DNA of 64,000 nucleotides, taken from NCBI RefSeq assembly GCF_056746865.1, contig NZ_CM163382.1; one strand, written 5' to 3'. The notes beneath the pieces are model-generated. The model did not search any database. It had not been told where the DNA came from and was given only the letters and a program-made list of their open reading frames with translations. This document shows positions 42,588 to 55,403 of this stretch, in pieces. The translations under genes and the position numbers were made by a program. Numbering within the stretch: the stretch's first letter is position 1; every line of letters starts with the position of its first letter.

Positions 42588-45500
42588 TGCAGGTGTTACC
42601 CCCGAGCAGCACAGGCGGCCCGTCGCGCCTGTTTATTATGCGTCCTGTCGCCACCACGCTGCTGATGGTGGCGATCTTACTCGCCGGGATTATCGGTTAT
42701 CGTGCCCTGCCCGTTTCGGCGCTGCCGGAAGTGGACTATCCAACCATTCAGGTGGTCACCCTCTACCCAGGTGCCAGCCCAGATGTCATGACCTCTGCCG
42801 TTACCGCACCGCTCGAACGCCAGTTCGGGCAGATGTCCGGCCTGAAACAGATGTCGTCGCAAAGTTCCGGCGGTGCGTCAGTTATCACTTTGCAGTTCCA
42901 GCTAACATTACCGCTGGATGTCGCCGAGCAGGAAGTGCAGGCCGCGATTAACGCTGCGACCAACCTGTTGCCGAGCGATCTGCCTAACCCGCCGGTTTAC
43001 AGCAAAGTGAACCCGGCAGATCCGCCAATCATGACGCTCGCTGTCACCTCAACCGCCATGCCGATGACGCAAGTGGAAGATATGGTGGAAACCCGCGTCG
43101 CGCAGAAAATCTCGCAGATTTCCGGCGTCGGCCTGGTGACGCTTTCCGGCGGCCAGCGTCCGGCTGTTCGCGTCAAACTTAACGCCCAGGCGATTGCCGC
43201 CCTCGGCCTGACCAGCGAAACCGTGCGCACCGCCATTACCGGTGCTAACGTTAACTCGGCTAAAGGTAGCCTCGACGGCCCTTCCCGTGCGGTCACGCTT
43301 TCCGCGAACGACCAGATGCAATCCGCCGAAGAATATCGCCAGCTAATCATCGCCTACCAGAACGGCGCACCGATTCGTCTGGGCGATGTCGCAACCGTAG
43401 AGCAAGGTGCAGAAAATAGCTGGCTTGGGGCGTGGGCAAATAAAGAACAGGCCATTGTGATGAATGTTCAGCGCCAGCCCGGTGCTAACATTATCTCCAC
43501 CGCCGACAGCATCCGGCAGATGCTGCCACAGCTCACCGAGAGTCTGCCGAAATCGGTGAAGGTGACGGTACTTTCTGACCGTACCACCAATATCCGCGCA
43601 TCGGTCAACGATACCCAGTTTGAACTGATGATGGCTATCGCGCTGGTAGTCATGATTATCTACCTGTTTTTGCGCAATATTCCGGCGACCATCATTCCTG
43701 GCGTCGCAGTGCCGCTGTCGTTAATTGGCACCTTTGCGGTTATGGTGTTTCTCGATTTTTCAATCAATAACCTGACGCTGATGGCGTTAACTATCGCCAC
43801 CGGATTCGTGGTCGATGACGCCATCGTGGTGATCGAAAACATTTCCCGCTATATCGAAAAAGGCGAAAAACCGCTGGCGGCGGCGCTCAAAGGCGCAGGT
43901 GAAATCGGTTTTACCATTATCTCGCTGACCTTCTCACTGATTGCGGTGTTGATCCCACTGCTGTTTATGGGCGATATCGTCGGGCGACTGTTCCGCGAAT
44001 TTGCTATTACACTGGCGGTAGCGATTTTGATCTCAGCCGTGGTGTCGCTGACCCTGACGCCGATGATGTGCGCACGGATGCTCAGCCAGGAGTCGCTGCG
44101 TAAACAGAACCGCTTCTCCCGTGCCTCAGAGAAAATGTTCGAAAGGATAATCGCCGCCTATGGTCGCGGACTGGCGAAAGTGCTGAATCATCCGTGGCTG
44201 ACTTTAAGCGTAGCGCTCAGCACGCTGCTGCTTAGCGTTCTCTTGTGGGTGTTTATTCCGAAAGGTTTCTTCCCGGTACAGGACAACGGCATTATTCAGG
44301 GTACTTTGCAGGCACCGCAATCCAGCTCCTTTACCAATATGGCCCAGCGGCAACGCCAGGTCGCGGATGTGATTTTGCAGGATCCGGCAGTGCAAAGTCT
44401 GACCTCATTTGTTGGCGTTGATGGCACTAACCCGTCGCTGAACAGTGCGCGTTTGCAGATCAACCTCAAACCGTTGGATGAACGTGATGATCGGGTGCAA
44501 AAAGTCATCGCCCGTCTGCAAACGGCGGTGGATAAAGTGCCGGGCGTCGATCTCTTCCTGCAACCAACGCAGGACCTGACCATCGATACTCAGGTCAGCC
44601 GCACCCAGTACCAGTTTACCTTGCAGGCCACGTCACTGGATGCGCTCAGTACCTGGGTGCCACAGTTGATGGAAAAACTCCAGCAACTGCCACAGCTTTC
44701 TGATGTCTCCAGCGACTGGCAGGACAAAGGGCTGGTGGCGTATGTCAATGTTGATCGCGACAGCGCCAGCCGTCTGGGGATCAACATGGCGGATGTCGAT
44801 AACGCCCTGTACAACGCGTTTGGTCAGCGGCTGATTTCCACTATTTATACTCAGGCTAACCAGTATCGCGTGGTGCTGGAACACAACACTGAAAATACCC
44901 CAGGCCTCGCGGCGCTGGATACCATTCGCCTGACCAGCAGCGACGGTGGCGTGGTGCCGTTAAGCTCAATTGCCAAAATTGAGCAGCGTTTTGCGCCGCT
45001 CTCCATCAACCATCTGGATCAGTTCCCGGTAACGACCATCTCCTTTAACGTGCCAGATAACTATTCGCTGGGCGATGCGGTGCAGGCGATTATGGACACC
45101 GAAAAGACGCTGAATCTGCCGGTGGATATCACCACGCAGTTCCAGGGCAGCACCCTCGCCTTCCAGTCGGCGCTGGGCAGCACTGTCTGGCTGATTGTCG
45201 CGGCGGTGGTGGCGATGTATATCGTACTCGGCATTCTTTACGAAAGCTTTATTCACCCGATCACCATTCTCTCGACGTTGCCAACGGCAGGGGTCGGCGC
45301 ACTGCTGGCGTTGCTGATTGCCGGTAGCGAACTGGATGTAATCGCCATTATCGGCATTATTTTGCTGATCGGTATCGTGAAGAAGAACGCCATCATGATG
45401 ATCGACTTCGCGCTGGCTGCTGAGCGCGAGCAAGGCATGTCGCCGCGCGATGCAATCTACCAGGCTTGTCTGTTGCGTTTTCGTCCGATCCTGATGACTA

Positions 45501-45709
45501 CTCTGGCGGCTCTGCTTGGCGCGTTGCCGCTGATGTTAAGTACCGGGGTCGGCGCGGAACTGCGTCGTCCGTTAGGTATCGGCATGGTCGGCGGTCTGAT
45601 AGTCAGCCAGGTGCTGACGCTGTTTACCACGCCGGTGATTTATTTGCTGTTCGACCGCCTGGCATTGTGGACCAAAAGCCGCTTTGCTCGTCATGAAGAG
45701 GAGGCGTAA
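42587..45709 (+). CDS. mdtB: RND efflux permease MdtB (1040 aa)
   Basis: ORF track 1040 aa; AcrB-family; start overlaps mdtA stop by 1 nt (TGATG). Confidence 0.93.
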   Translation: MQVLPPSSTGGPSRLFIMRPVATTLLMVAILLAGIIGYRALPVSALPEVDYPTIQVVTLYPGASPDVMTSAVTAPLERQFGQMSGLKQMSSQSSGGASVITLQFQLTLPLDVAEQEVQAAINAATNLLPSDLPNPPVYSKVNPADPPIMTLAVTSTAMPMTQVEDMVETRVAQKISQISGVGLVTLSGGQRPAVRVKLNAQAIAALGLTSETVRTAITGANVNSAKGSLDGPSRAVTLSANDQMQSAEEYRQLIIAYQNGAPIRLGDVATVEQGAENSWLGAWANKEQAIVMNVQRQPGANIISTADSIRQMLPQLTESLPKSVKVTVLSDRTTNIRASVNDTQFELMMAIALVVMIIYLFLRNIPATIIPGVAVPLSLIGTFAVMVFLDFSINNLTLMALTIATGFVVDDAIVVIENISRYIEKGEKPLAAALKGAGEIGFTIISLTFSLIAVLIPLLFMGDIVGRLFREFAITLAVAILISAVVSLTLTPMMCARMLSQESLRKQNRFSRASEKMFERIIAAYGRGLAKVLNHPWLTLSVALSTLLLSVLLWVFIPKGFFPVQDNGIIQGTLQAPQSSSFTNMAQRQRQVADVILQDPAVQSLTSFVGVDGTNPSLNSARLQINLKPLDERDDRVQKVIARLQTAVDKVPGVDLFLQPTQDLTIDTQVSRTQYQFTLQATSLDALSTWVPQLMEKLQQLPQLSDVSSDWQDKGLVAYVNVDRDSASRLGINMADVDNALYNAFGQRLISTIYTQANQYRVVLEHNTENTPGLAALDTIRLTSSDGGVVPLSSIAKIEQRFAPLSINHLDQFPVTTISFNVPDNYSLGDAVQAIMDTEKTLNLPVDITTQFQGSTLAFQSALGSTVWLIVAAVVAMYIVLGILYESFIHPITILSTLPTAGVGALLALLIAGSELDVIAIIGIILLIGIVKKNAIMMIDFALAAEREQGMSPRDAIYQACLLRFRPILMTTLAALLGALPLMLSTGVGAELRRPLGIGMVGGLIVSQVLTLFTTPVIYLLFDRLALWTKSRFARHEEEA

Positions 45710-48700
45710 GTGAAGTTTTTTGCCCTCTTCATTTACCGCCCGGTGGCGACGATTTTACTGTCGGTCGCCATTACCCTGTGCGGCATACTGGGCTTCCGTA
45801 TGCTGCCGGTCGCCCCACTGCCGCAGGTCGATTTTCCGGTGATTATGGTCAGCGCCTCGCTGCCCGGTGCGTCACCAGAAACAATGGCGTCTTCCGTTGC
45901 CACGCCGCTGGAACGTTCGCTTGGGCGCATTGCCGGGGTCAGTGAAATGACCTCCAGCAGTTCGCTCGGCAGCACGCGCATTATTTTGCAGTTTGATTTT
46001 GACCGCGATATCAACGGCGCAGCGCGCGATGTGCAAGCGGCGATCAACGCCGCGCAAAGTTTGCTGCCCAGCGGGATGCCAAGCCGTCCGACCTATCGCA
46101 AAGCGAACCCGTCGGATGCGCCAATTATGATCCTGACGCTAACATCCGATACTTATTCGCAAGGTGAACTGTACGATTTTGCCTCGACGCAGCTGGCTCC
46201 GACGATTTCGCAAATCGACGGTGTCGGTGATGTCGATGTTGGCGGCAGCTCGCTACCTGCGGTGCGCGTCGGGCTGAACCCGCAGGCGCTGTTTAATCAG
46301 GGCGTCTCGCTGGACGACGTACGCACTGCCATCAGCAATGCCAACGTGCGTAAACCGCAAGGGGCGCTGGAAGATGGCACTCACCGCTGGCAGATCCAGA
46401 CTAACGATGAACTGAAAACTGCCGCTGAATATCAGCCGCTGATTATTCATTACAACAACGGCGGCGCGGTTCGTCTGGGCGATGTAGCGACGGTGACCGA
46501 CTCAGTGCAGGATGTGCGCAACGCCGGGATGACCAACGCCAAACCGGCTATTTTGCTGATGATCCGCAAGCTGCCGGAAGCCAATATTATCCAGACGGTA
46601 GACAGCATCCGGGCAAAATTACCGGAGTTGCAGGAAACCATTCCGGCGGCGATTGATCTGCAAATTGCTCAGGATCGCTCCCCCACCATTCGCGCCTCGC
46701 TGGAAGAAGTCGAGCAAACGCTGATTATCTCGGTGGCGCTGGTGATTCTGGTGGTCTTTTTATTCCTGCGCTCGGGTCGCGCCACTATTATTCCCGCCGT
46801 TGCGGTGCCGGTTTCGCTGATTGGTACGTTTGCGGCGATGTACCTGTGCGGATTCAGTCTCAATAATCTTTCGTTAATGGCGCTCACCATCGCTACTGGT
46901 TTCGTGGTGGATGACGCCATCGTGGTGCTGGAAAACATCGCCCGTCATCTGGAGGCGGGGATGAAACCGCTACAGGCCGCGCTGCAAGGCACTCGCGAAG
47001 TCGGTTTTACGGTGCTGTCGATGAGTCTGTCACTGGTGGCGGTGTTCCTGCCGCTGCTGTTGATGGGCGGATTGCCGGGCCGACTGTTACGCGAATTTGC
47101 CGTGACGCTTTCTGTCGCCATTGGGATTTCGTTGCTGGTTTCCCTGACGCTAACGCCGATGATGTGCGGCTGGATGCTAAAAGCCAGCAAGCCGCGCGAG
47201 CAAAAGCGACTACGTGGTTTTGGTCGCATGTTGGTAGCCCTGCAACAAGGCTATGGTAAGTCGCTGAAATGGGGGCTTAATCATACCCGTCTGGTGGGCG
47301 TGGTGTTGCTTGGCACCATTGCGCTGAATATCTGGCTATATATCTCGATCCCGAAAACCTTCTTCCCGGAGCAGGACACTGGCGTACTGATGGGCGGGAT
47401 ACAGGCGGATCAGAGTATTTCGTTTCAGGCGATGCGCGGCAAGTTGCAGGATTTTATGAAAATTATCCGTGACGATCCGGCGGTGGATAATGTCACCGGC
47501 TTTACCGGCGGTTCGCGGGTGAACAGTGGGATGATGTTTATCACCCTCAAGCCACACGACGAACGCAGCGAAACGGCGCAGCAAATTATCGACCGTCTGC
47601 GCGTAAAGCTGGCGAAAGAACCGGGGGCGAATCTGTTCCTGATGGCGGTACAGGATATTCGCGTTGGTGGGCGTCAGTCGAACGCCAGCTACCAGTACAC
47701 GTTGTTATCCGACGACCTGGCGGCACTGCGCGAATGGGAGCCGAAAATCCGCAAAAAACTGGCGACGTTGCCGGAACTGGCGGACGTGAACTCCGATCAG
47801 CAGGATAACGGCGCGGAGATGAATCTGGTTTACGACCGCGACACCATGGCACGGCTGGGAATCGACGTGCAGGCCGCCAACAGCCTGTTAAATAACGCCT
47901 TCGGTCAGCGGCAGATCTCGACCATTTACCAGCCGATGAACCAGTATAAAGTGGTGATGGAAGTGGATCCGCGCTATACCCAGGACATCAGTGCGCTGGA
48001 AAAAATGTTCGTTATCAATAACGAAGGAAAAGCGATCCCGCTGTCGTATTTCGCTAAATGGCAACCGGCGAATGCTCCGCTGTCGGTGAATCATCAGGGA
48101 TTATCGGCAGCCTCGACCATTTCGTTTAACCTGCCGACCGGGAAATCGCTCTCGGACGCCAGTGCGGCGATCGATCGCGCAATGACCCAGCTTGGTGTGC
48201 CTTCGACGGTACGCGGCAGTTTTGCCGGCACGGCGCAGGTGTTCCAGGAGACGATGAACTCGCAGGTGATTCTGATTATCGCCGCCATCGCCACGGTGTA
48301 TATCGTGCTGGGTATCCTTTACGAGAGTTACGTACATCCGCTGACGATTCTCTCCACCCTGCCCTCGGCGGGCGTTGGAGCGCTGCTGGCGCTGGAGCTG
48401 TTCAATGCCCCGTTCAGCCTAATCGCCCTGATAGGGATCATGCTATTAATCGGCATCGTGAAGAAAAACGCCATTATGATGGTCGATTTTGCGCTTGAAG
48501 CCCAACGGCACGGTAACCTGACGCCGCAGGAAGCTATTTTCCAGGCCTGTCTGCTGCGTTTTCGCCCGATTATGATGACTACCCTGGCGGCGCTGTTTGG
48601 TGCGCTGCCGCTGGTGTTGTCGGGCGGTGACGGCTCGGAGCTGCGCCAACCCCTGGGGATCACCATTGTCGGCGGTCTGGTAATGAGCCAGCTTCTGACG

Positions 48701-48787
48701 CTGTATACCACGCCGGTGGTGTATCTCTTTTTCGACCGTCTGCGGCTGCGTTTTTCGCGTAAACCTAAACAAACGGTAACAGAGTAA
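45710..48787 (+). CDS. mdtC: RND efflux permease MdtC (1025 aa, GTG start)
   Basis: ORF track 1025 aa; GTG immediately after the mdtB stop (TAAGTG). Confidence 0.93.
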   Translation: MKFFALFIYRPVATILLSVAITLCGILGFRMLPVAPLPQVDFPVIMVSASLPGASPETMASSVATPLERSLGRIAGVSEMTSSSSLGSTRIILQFDFDRDINGAARDVQAAINAAQSLLPSGMPSRPTYRKANPSDAPIMILTLTSDTYSQGELYDFASTQLAPTISQIDGVGDVDVGGSSLPAVRVGLNPQALFNQGVSLDDVRTAISNANVRKPQGALEDGTHRWQIQTNDELKTAAEYQPLIIHYNNGGAVRLGDVATVTDSVQDVRNAGMTNAKPAILLMIRKLPEANIIQTVDSIRAKLPELQETIPAAIDLQIAQDRSPTIRASLEEVEQTLIISVALVILVVFLFLRSGRATIIPAVAVPVSLIGTFAAMYLCGFSLNNLSLMALTIATGFVVDDAIVVLENIARHLEAGMKPLQAALQGTREVGFTVLSMSLSLVAVFLPLLLMGGLPGRLLREFAVTLSVAIGISLLVSLTLTPMMCGWMLKASKPREQKRLRGFGRMLVALQQGYGKSLKWGLNHTRLVGVVLLGTIALNIWLYISIPKTFFPEQDTGVLMGGIQADQSISFQAMRGKLQDFMKIIRDDPAVDNVTGFTGGSRVNSGMMFITLKPHDERSETAQQIIDRLRVKLAKEPGANLFLMAVQDIRVGGRQSNASYQYTLLSDDLAALREWEPKIRKKLATLPELADVNSDQQDNGAEMNLVYDRDTMARLGIDVQAANSLLNNAFGQRQISTIYQPMNQYKVVMEVDPRYTQDISALEKMFVINNEGKAIPLSYFAKWQPANAPLSVNHQGLSAASTISFNLPTGKSLSDASAAIDRAMTQLGVPSTVRGSFAGTAQVFQETMNSQVILIIAAIATVYIVLGILYESYVHPLTILSTLPSAGVGALLALELFNAPFSLIALIGIMLLIGIVKKNAIMMVDFALEAQRHGNLTPQEAIFQACLLRFRPIMMTTLAALFGALPLVLSGGDGSELRQPLGITIVGGLVMSQLLTLYTTPVVYLFFDRLRLRFSRKPKQTVTE

Positions 48788-50203
48788 ATGACAGATCTTC
48801 CCGACAACACCCGCTGGCAATTGTGGATTGTGGCTTTCGGCTTCTTTATGCAGTCGCTGGACACCACCATCGTCAACACCGCGCTTCCCTCAATGGCGCA
48901 AAGCCTCGGGGAAAGTCCGTTGCATATGCACATGGTCATTGTCTCTTATGTGCTGACCGTGGCGGTGATGTTGCCTGCCAGCGGCTGGCTGGCGGACAAA
49001 GTCGGCGTGCGCAATATTTTCTTTACCGCCATCGTGCTGTTTACTCTCGGTTCACTATTTTGCGCACTTTCCGGCACGCTGAACGAACTGTTGCTGGCAC
49101 GCGCGTTACAGGGCGTTGGCGGTGCGATGATGGTGCCGGTCGGCAGGTTGACGGTGATGAAAATCGTACCGCGCGAGCAATATATGGCGGCGATGACCTT
49201 TGTCACGTTACCCGGTCAGGTCGGTCCGCTGCTCGGTCCGGCGCTCGGCGGCCTGCTGGTGGAGTACGCGTCGTGGCACTGGATCTTTTTGATCAACATT
49301 CCGGTGGGAATTATCGGCGCGATCGCCACACTAATGTTAATGCCGAACTACACCATGCAGACGCGGCGCTTCGATCTCTCCGGCTTTTTATTGCTGGCGA
49401 TTGGCATGGCGGTATTAACCCTGGCGCTGGATGGCAGTAAAGGTACAGGTTTATCGCCGCTGGCGATTACTGGCCTGGTCGCTGTTGGCGTGGTAGCACT
49501 GGTGCTTTATCTGCTGCACGCCAGAAATAACAACCGCGCTCTTTTCAGTCTGAAACTGTTCCGCACTCGTACCTTTTCGCTGGGCCTGGCGGGGAGTTTT
49601 GCCGGACGTATCGGTAGCGGCATGTTGCCCTTTATGACACCGGTTTTCCTGCAAATTGGCCTTGGCTTCTCACCGTTTCATGCCGGACTGATGATGATCC
49701 CGATGGTGCTCGGCAGCATGGGGATGAAGCGAATTGTGGTACAGGTAGTGAATCGCTTTGGTTATCGTCGGGTACTGGTGGCAACCACGCTGGGTCTGTC
49801 GCTGGTCACCCTGTTGTTTATGACTACCGCTCTGCTGGGCTGGTACTACGTTTTGCCGTTCGTCCTGTTTTTACAAGGGATGGTCAACTCGACGCGTTTC
49901 TCCTCCATGAACACCCTGACGCTGAAAGATCTCCCGGACAATCTGGCGAGCAGCGGCAATAGTCTGCTGTCGATGATTATGCAATTGTCGATGAGTATCG
50001 GCGTCACCATCGCCGGGCTGTTGCTGGGACTTTTTGGTTCGCAGCATGTCAGCGTCGACAGCGGCACCACACAAACCGTCTTTATGTACACCTGGCTTAG
50101 CATGGCGTTTATCATCGCCCTTCCGGCGTTCATCTTTGCCAGAGTGCCGAACGATACGCATCAAAATGTAGCTATTTCGCGGCGAAAAAGGAGCGCGCAA
50201 TGA
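48788..50203 (+). CDS. mdtD: MFS transporter MdtD (471 aa)
   Basis: ORF track 471 aa; polytopic; ATG immediately after the mdtC stop. Confidence 0.9.
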   Translation: MTDLPDNTRWQLWIVAFGFFMQSLDTTIVNTALPSMAQSLGESPLHMHMVIVSYVLTVAVMLPASGWLADKVGVRNIFFTAIVLFTLGSLFCALSGTLNELLLARALQGVGGAMMVPVGRLTVMKIVPREQYMAAMTFVTLPGQVGPLLGPALGGLLVEYASWHWIFLINIPVGIIGAIATLMLMPNYTMQTRRFDLSGFLLLAIGMAVLTLALDGSKGTGLSPLAITGLVAVGVVALVLYLLHARNNNRALFSLKLFRTRTFSLGLAGSFAGRIGSGMLPFMTPVFLQIGLGFSPFHAGLMMIPMVLGSMGMKRIVVQVVNRFGYRRVLVATTLGLSLVTLLFMTTALLGWYYVLPFVLFLQGMVNSTRFSSMNTLTLKDLPDNLASSGNSLLSMIMQLSMSIGVTIAGLLLGLFGSQHVSVDSGTTQTVFMYTWLSMAFIIALPAFIFARVPNDTHQNVAISRRKRSAQ

Positions 50204-51603
50204 AGTTCTGGCGACCCGGTATTACCGGCAAACTGTTTCTGGCGATTTTCGCCACCTGCATTGTCTTGCTGATCAGTATGCACTGGGCGGTGCGTATCAG
50301 TTTTGAGCGTGGCTTTATTGATTACATCAAGCATGGTAATGAACAGCGATTACAACTGTTAAGTGATGCGCTTGGCGAGCAGTATGCGCAGCATGGCAAC
50401 TGGCGCTTCCTGCGCAACAATGATCGCTTTGTCTTTCAGATCTTGCGTTCATTTGAACACGATAATTCGGAAGATAAACCCGGCCCGGGTATGCCGCCGC
50501 ACGGCTGGCGTACCCAGTTCTGGGTGGTCGATCAAAACAACAAAGTGCTGGTTGGTCCGCGAGCGCCGATTCCACCTGACGGTACACGGCGACCCATTCT
50601 GGTCAACGGTGCGGAAGTGGGTGCGGTGATTGCCTCCCCTGTTGAGCGACTGACCCGCAATACTGATATCAATTTCGATAAACAACAGCGGCAAACCAGC
50701 TGGCTGATTGTTGCTCTGGCAACGTTACTCGCGGCACTCGCTACCTTTCTGCTGGCGCGTGGTTTGCTGGCACCGGTAAAACGGCTGGTGGACGGCACGC
50801 ACAAACTGGCGGCGGGCGATTTCACTACCCGCGTAACGCCCACCAGTGAAGATGAACTGGGCAAACTGGCGCAAGACTTCAACCAGCTTGCCAGCACGCT
50901 GGAGAAAAACCAGCAAATGCGGCGCGATTTTATGGCCGATATTTCTCACGAACTGCGTACGCCATTAGCGGTGCTGCGCGGTGAACTGGAAGCCATTCAG
51001 GATGGCGTGCGTAAATTCACGCCGGAGACGGTGGCGTCTTTACAGGCGGAGGTCGGTACACTGACCAAACTGGTTGACGATCTCCATCAGTTGTCGATGT
51101 CTGATGAAGGCGCTCTCGCCTATCAAAAAGCACCGGTAGATTTGATCCCACTGCTGGAAGTGGCGGGCGGCGCATTTCGCGAACGATTCGCCAGCCGTGG
51201 CCTGAAACTGCAATTTTCCCTGCCAGACAGTATTACCGTATTTGGCGATCGCGACCGTTTAATGCAGTTATTCAATAACTTACTGGAAAACAGCCTGCGC
51301 TACACTGACAGCGGCGGTAGCCTGAAAATCTCTGCCGGGCAGCACGACAAAACGGTGCGACTGACCTTTGCCGACAGCGCGCCGGGCGTCAGTGACGATC
51401 AGCTACAAAAATTGTTTGAACGTTTTTATCGCACCGAAGGTTCCCGCAACCGAGCCAGCGGCGGTTCCGGGCTGGGGCTGGCGATTTGCCTGAACATTGT
51501 TGAAGCACATAATGGTCGCATTATTGCTGCCCATTCGCCTTTTGGCGGGGTAAGCATTACAGTAGAGTTACCGCTGGAACGGGATTTACAGAGAGAAGTA
51601 TGA
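50200..51603 (+). CDS. baeS: envelope-stress sensor histidine kinase BaeS (467 aa)
   Basis: ORF track 467 aa; H-box [11 protein letters not shown]; 4-nt overlap with mdtD. Confidence 0.92.
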
Positions 51604-52322
51604 CCGAGTTACCAATCGACGAAAACACACCGCGTATTTTGATCGTGGAAGATGAACCGAAGCTGGGACAGTTGCTCATTGATTATCTGCGTGCTGCGAG
51701 CTATGCGCCGACGCTTATCAGCCACGGCGATCAGGTACTGCCGTATGTGCGCCAGACACCACCGGATCTGATCCTGTTGGATCTGATGCTCCCTGGCACC
51801 GATGGCTTGACGCTGTGCCGGGAAATTCGTCGTTTTTCTGACATTCCTATCGTGATGGTGACGGCAAAAATAGAAGAGATCGACCGCCTGCTCGGACTGG
51901 AGATTGGCGCAGATGATTATATCTGTAAGCCGTACAGCCCACGGGAAGTGGTAGCGCGCGTCAAAACCATTTTGCGCCGTTGCAAACCGCAGCGTGAGTT
52001 GCAGCAACAGGATGCTGAAAGCCCGTTGATTATCGACGAAGGTCGTTTTCAGGCTTCATGGCGCGGTAAAATGCTTGACCTGACGCCTGCGGAATTTCGT
52101 CTGCTGAAAACGCTCTCTCATGAACCAGGAAAAGTGTTCTCCCGCGAGCAATTGCTCAATCATCTTTATGACGACTACCGCGTAGTAACCGACCGCACCA
52201 TCGACAGCCACATTAAAAACCTGCGCCGCAAGCTGGAATCTCTCGACGCCGAACAGTCCTTTATCCGTGCCGTTTACGGCGTCGGTTACCGCTGGGAAGC
52301 CGACGCCTGCCGCATCGTTTAA
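51600..52322 (+). CDS. baeR: OmpR-family response regulator BaeR (240 aa)
   Basis: ORF track 240 aa; receiver domain ([23 protein letters not shown]) + winged-helix C-terminus; 4-nt overlap with baeS. Confidence 0.93.
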
Positions 52323-52501
52323 CATTTTTACCTGCCGGAGAAGGCATTCACGCCGCATCCGGCAACATAATCCCACGCATGGTCAGCAAACTGACATTAT
52401 CTCTCCGCCCTGGCAGGCACCAGAAAATCGCTCATACTTTAATCGGTAAACAGTCCTTTTAGATGCTGTTTTCGATACGCAATTTCAATCAAGGAGTCAT
52501 T

Positions 52502-52834
52502 ATGGCTGGTTGGTTTGAACTCAGTAAAAGCAGTGATAATCAATTTCGGTTTGTGCTAAAAGCGGGCAATGGTGAGACTATCCTTACCAGCGAGCTGTAT
52601 ACCTCAAAAGCCTCTGCGGAAAAGGGCATCGCGTCGGTGCGTAGCAACAGCCCGCAAGAAGAACGCTATGAGAAAAAAACGGCAAGCAACGGCAAATTCT
52701 ATTTCAATCTGAAAGCCGCTAATCATCAAATTATCGGCTCCAGCCAGATGTACGCCACCGCGCAATCTCGTGAAACCGGAATTGCCTCCGTTAAAGCCAA
52801 TGGCACAAGCCAGACGGTGAAAGACAATACGTAA
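52502..52834 (+). CDS. yegP: YegP (tandem DUF1508/UPF0339 repeats, 110 aa)
   Basis: ORF track frame 52463..52834; start placed at ATG 52502 (MAGWFELSKSSDNQFRF) after SD aaggag; internal duplication visible. Confidence 0.85.
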   Translation: MAGWFELSKSSDNQFRFVLKAGNGETILTSELYTSKASAEKGIASVRSNSPQEERYEKKTASNGKFYFNLKAANHQIIGSSQMYATAQSRETGIASVKANGTSQTVKDNT

Positions 52835-52981
52835 TTACGATGCCGGGCGTGGGTTGTTGGCGTCCGGCGCTTTACCAGCTCCCCCCTACAGCGCTACAAT
52901 GCCCGCCCTTAAAGTGGGGGCACTCCCCTGGCCGCTTCATCAGGTGAAGCGGATCTGACCTGTCATCAGAACGAGAGAATT

Positions 52982-54343
52982 ATGTTTAAACCGGAACTCC
53001 TTTCCCCGGCGGGAACGCTGAAAAATATGCGTTACGCTTTCGCTTATGGCGCAGATGCTGTTTATGCGGGCCAGCCGCGTTACTCCCTGCGTGTGCGCAA
53101 CAACGAATTTAACCACGAAAATCTCCAGCTCGGCATCAATGAAGCCCACGCGCTGGGGAAAAAGTTTTATGTCGTGGTCAACATTGCACCGCACAACGCC
53201 AAGCTGAAAACCTTTATCCGTGACCTGAAACCGGTGGTGGAAATGGGGCCGGATGCGCTGATTATGTCCGATCCAGGGCTGATTATGCTGGTGCGTGAGC
53301 ACTTCCCTGAAATGCCGATCCATCTCTCGGTACAGGCTAACGCCGTGAACTGGGCGACGGTGAAATTCTGGCAGCAAATGGGCCTGACCCGCGTGATCCT
53401 CTCTCGCGAGCTGTCGCTGGAAGAGATTGAAGAGATCCGCAATCAGGTGCCGGATATGGAGGTAGAGATCTTCGTTCACGGCGCGCTGTGCATGGCCTAC
53501 TCCGGTCGCTGCCTGCTCTCTGGCTATATCAACAAGCGCGACCCGAACCAGGGCACCTGCACCAACGCCTGCCGCTGGGAATACAACGTCCAGGAAGGGA
53601 AAGAAGATGACGTTGGCAACATCGTACACAAGTACGAGCCGATTCCGGTGCAAAATGTTGAGCCGACGCTGGGTATCGGCGCACCAACCGACAAAGTGTT
53701 TATGATCGAAGAGGCCCAGCGTCCGGGCGAGTATATGACCGCGTTTGAAGATGAGCACGGCACTTACATCATGAACTCGAAAGATCTGCGCGCCATCGCC
53801 CATGTAGAACGCCTGACCAAAATGGGAGTGCATTCGCTGAAAATCGAAGGCCGTACCAAATCTTTCTACTATTGCGCACGCACCGCGCAGGTTTACCGTA
53901 AAGCTATCGATGACGCAGCTGCGGGAAAACCATTCGATACCAGCCTGCTGGAAACTCTGGAAGGTCTGGCGCATCGTGGCTATACCGAAGGTTTCCTGCG
54001 TCGTCATACTCACGACGATTATCAGAACTACGAATACGGTTATTCAGTTTCTGACCGCCAGCAGTTTGTTGGTGAGTTTACCGGTGAGCGCAAGGGCGAC
54101 CTCGCGGCGGTAGCGGTGAAAAATAAATTCTCCGTTGGTGACAGCCTTGAGCTGATGACGCCGCAAGGCAACATTAACTTTACCCTTGAGCACATGGAAA
54201 ACGCCAAAGGTGAAGCTATGCCGGTCGCACCAGGCGATGGTTATACTGTGTGGCTCCCGGTCCCGCAGGATCTTGAGCTAAATTACGCGCTCCTGATGCG
54301 TAATTTCTCCGGGGAAACCACGCGTAACCCCCACGGTAAGTGA
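52982..54343 (+). CDS. yegQ: peptidase U32-family protein YegQ (tRNA hydroxylation protein TrhP-like, 453 aa)
   Basis: ORF track 453 aa beginning MFKPELLSPAGTLKNMRYAFAYGADAVYAGQPRYSLR. Confidence 0.9.
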   Translation: MFKPELLSPAGTLKNMRYAFAYGADAVYAGQPRYSLRVRNNEFNHENLQLGINEAHALGKKFYVVVNIAPHNAKLKTFIRDLKPVVEMGPDALIMSDPGLIMLVREHFPEMPIHLSVQANAVNWATVKFWQQMGLTRVILSRELSLEEIEEIRNQVPDMEVEIFVHGALCMAYSGRCLLSGYINKRDPNQGTCTNACRWEYNVQEGKEDDVGNIVHKYEPIPVQNVEPTLGIGAPTDKVFMIEEAQRPGEYMTAFEDEHGTYIMNSKDLRAIAHVERLTKMGVHSLKIEGRTKSFYYCARTAQVYRKAIDDAAAGKPFDTSLLETLEGLAHRGYTEGFLRRHTHDDYQNYEYGYSVSDRQQFVGEFTGERKGDLAAVAVKNKFSVGDSLELMTPQGNINFTLEHMENAKGEAMPVAPGDGYTVWLPVPQDLELNYALLMRNFSGETTRNPHGK

Positions 54344-54479
54344 TTAATTTCGATTATTTTTCCCGGATGGAAAATTCTTAGAAACCGATCACATACAGCT
54401 GCATTTATTAAGGTTATCATCCGTTTCGCTGAAAAACATAACCCATAAAATGCTAGCTGTACCAGGAACCACCTCCTTA

Positions 54480-54514
54480 GCCTGTGTAATCTCCCTTACA
54501 CGGGCTTATTTTTT
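54480..54514 (+). terminator. rho-independent terminator-like hairpin downstream of yegQ (gcctgtgtaa-tctccc-ttacacgggc + ttattttttat)
   Basis: 10-bp stem (one G-U) followed by T-run, read directly. Confidence 0.5.
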
Positions 54515-54671
54515 ATGCATAAGCCGTATCCTGGTCACCGTCTTCCATTGACCACATCGATAGAATCCCCCTTCATAACACGATGCCTTTCACGTAACGG
54601 CATCGTGCTCGTACAGATTCCGGCTACGCACAACCAGAACGCGCATGTTTGACGCTTACCAAAAAATATTC

Positions 54672-54989
54672 TCACTCTCCACATTTGAATGTCAGACGAG
54701 CGACGCCATGTAATCCTGCACCTTCTGTCTTCAGGTCAACTATCTGCATTTTTTTGCCCTGAGTAACACAGAAATGAGCTGCATCATTTTTTACTATATT
54801 TTCTGCACCAGAAATTCTGCCCCTGGCTAAAGAAGCTTCGGCTTCGGTGTAGTATTGGTTATCGAGTTTACGCTGAATATTACTTTTATATGCAAGACCA
54901 AATTTACCGATACTTGTCTCATCATTATGTACAGCACACCCAGACATAAGAAAAACACTAATTAATGATATAGCAGCTATCTTTTTCAT
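54672..54989 (-). CDS. yegR: small lipoprotein YegR (105 aa)
   Basis: ORF track frame 54672..55049; start placed at ATG giving MKKIAAISLISVFLMSGC (lipobox). Confidence 0.85.
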   Translation of the reverse strand: MKKIAAISLISVFLMSGCAVHNDETSIGKFGLAYKSNIQRKLDNQYYTEAEASLARGRISGAENIVKNDAAHFCVTQGKKMQIVDLKTEGAGLHGVARLTFKCGE

Positions 54990-55403
54990 CTTACCTTCCC
55001 CCATTAAATACCAACGACACGCTCTGGTGTTAAAATATAATAATGGCATGATTATTATAATTGAATAGGATTATAATAAATGTTCTGTACAACATTTCCT
55101 ACATAAGTAGGAATTACATACACGGAGGCCCTTCCGGGTAACCCCATGGGGGGGTTAATATATTTTTAATAGTATATTGAAGATGCCACTGTTTAGTTGA
55201 ATATTAGGTATATGCTCTTTTTTGAAATTTACCTATGGCTACCGTTAACATTCACTGTCCCCATTGCAAGCTCCTGGTGGTAACCACTGAATCCTCTATA
55301 CTTGAACTGATTTTTTATCCTCCGACTTTCATCCTGTTCTGACTCCACCTTTTCTTTTCTGCTCTACACTATCTACAGACCAATCATAAAGGCACATACG
55401 ATC

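Noticed and set aside
45466-45696. 76-aa ORF ([15 protein letters not shown]...) and other short ORFs inside mdtB and mdtC
   Set aside because: Embedded out of frame within large RND permease genes; no independent evidence.
54344-55403. Looked for prophage remnant genes (ogr-type zinc-finger activator, tail-fibre fragment) between yegQ and yegS
   Set aside because: Only yegR and non-coding AT-rich sequence are present; no phage-like ORFs.
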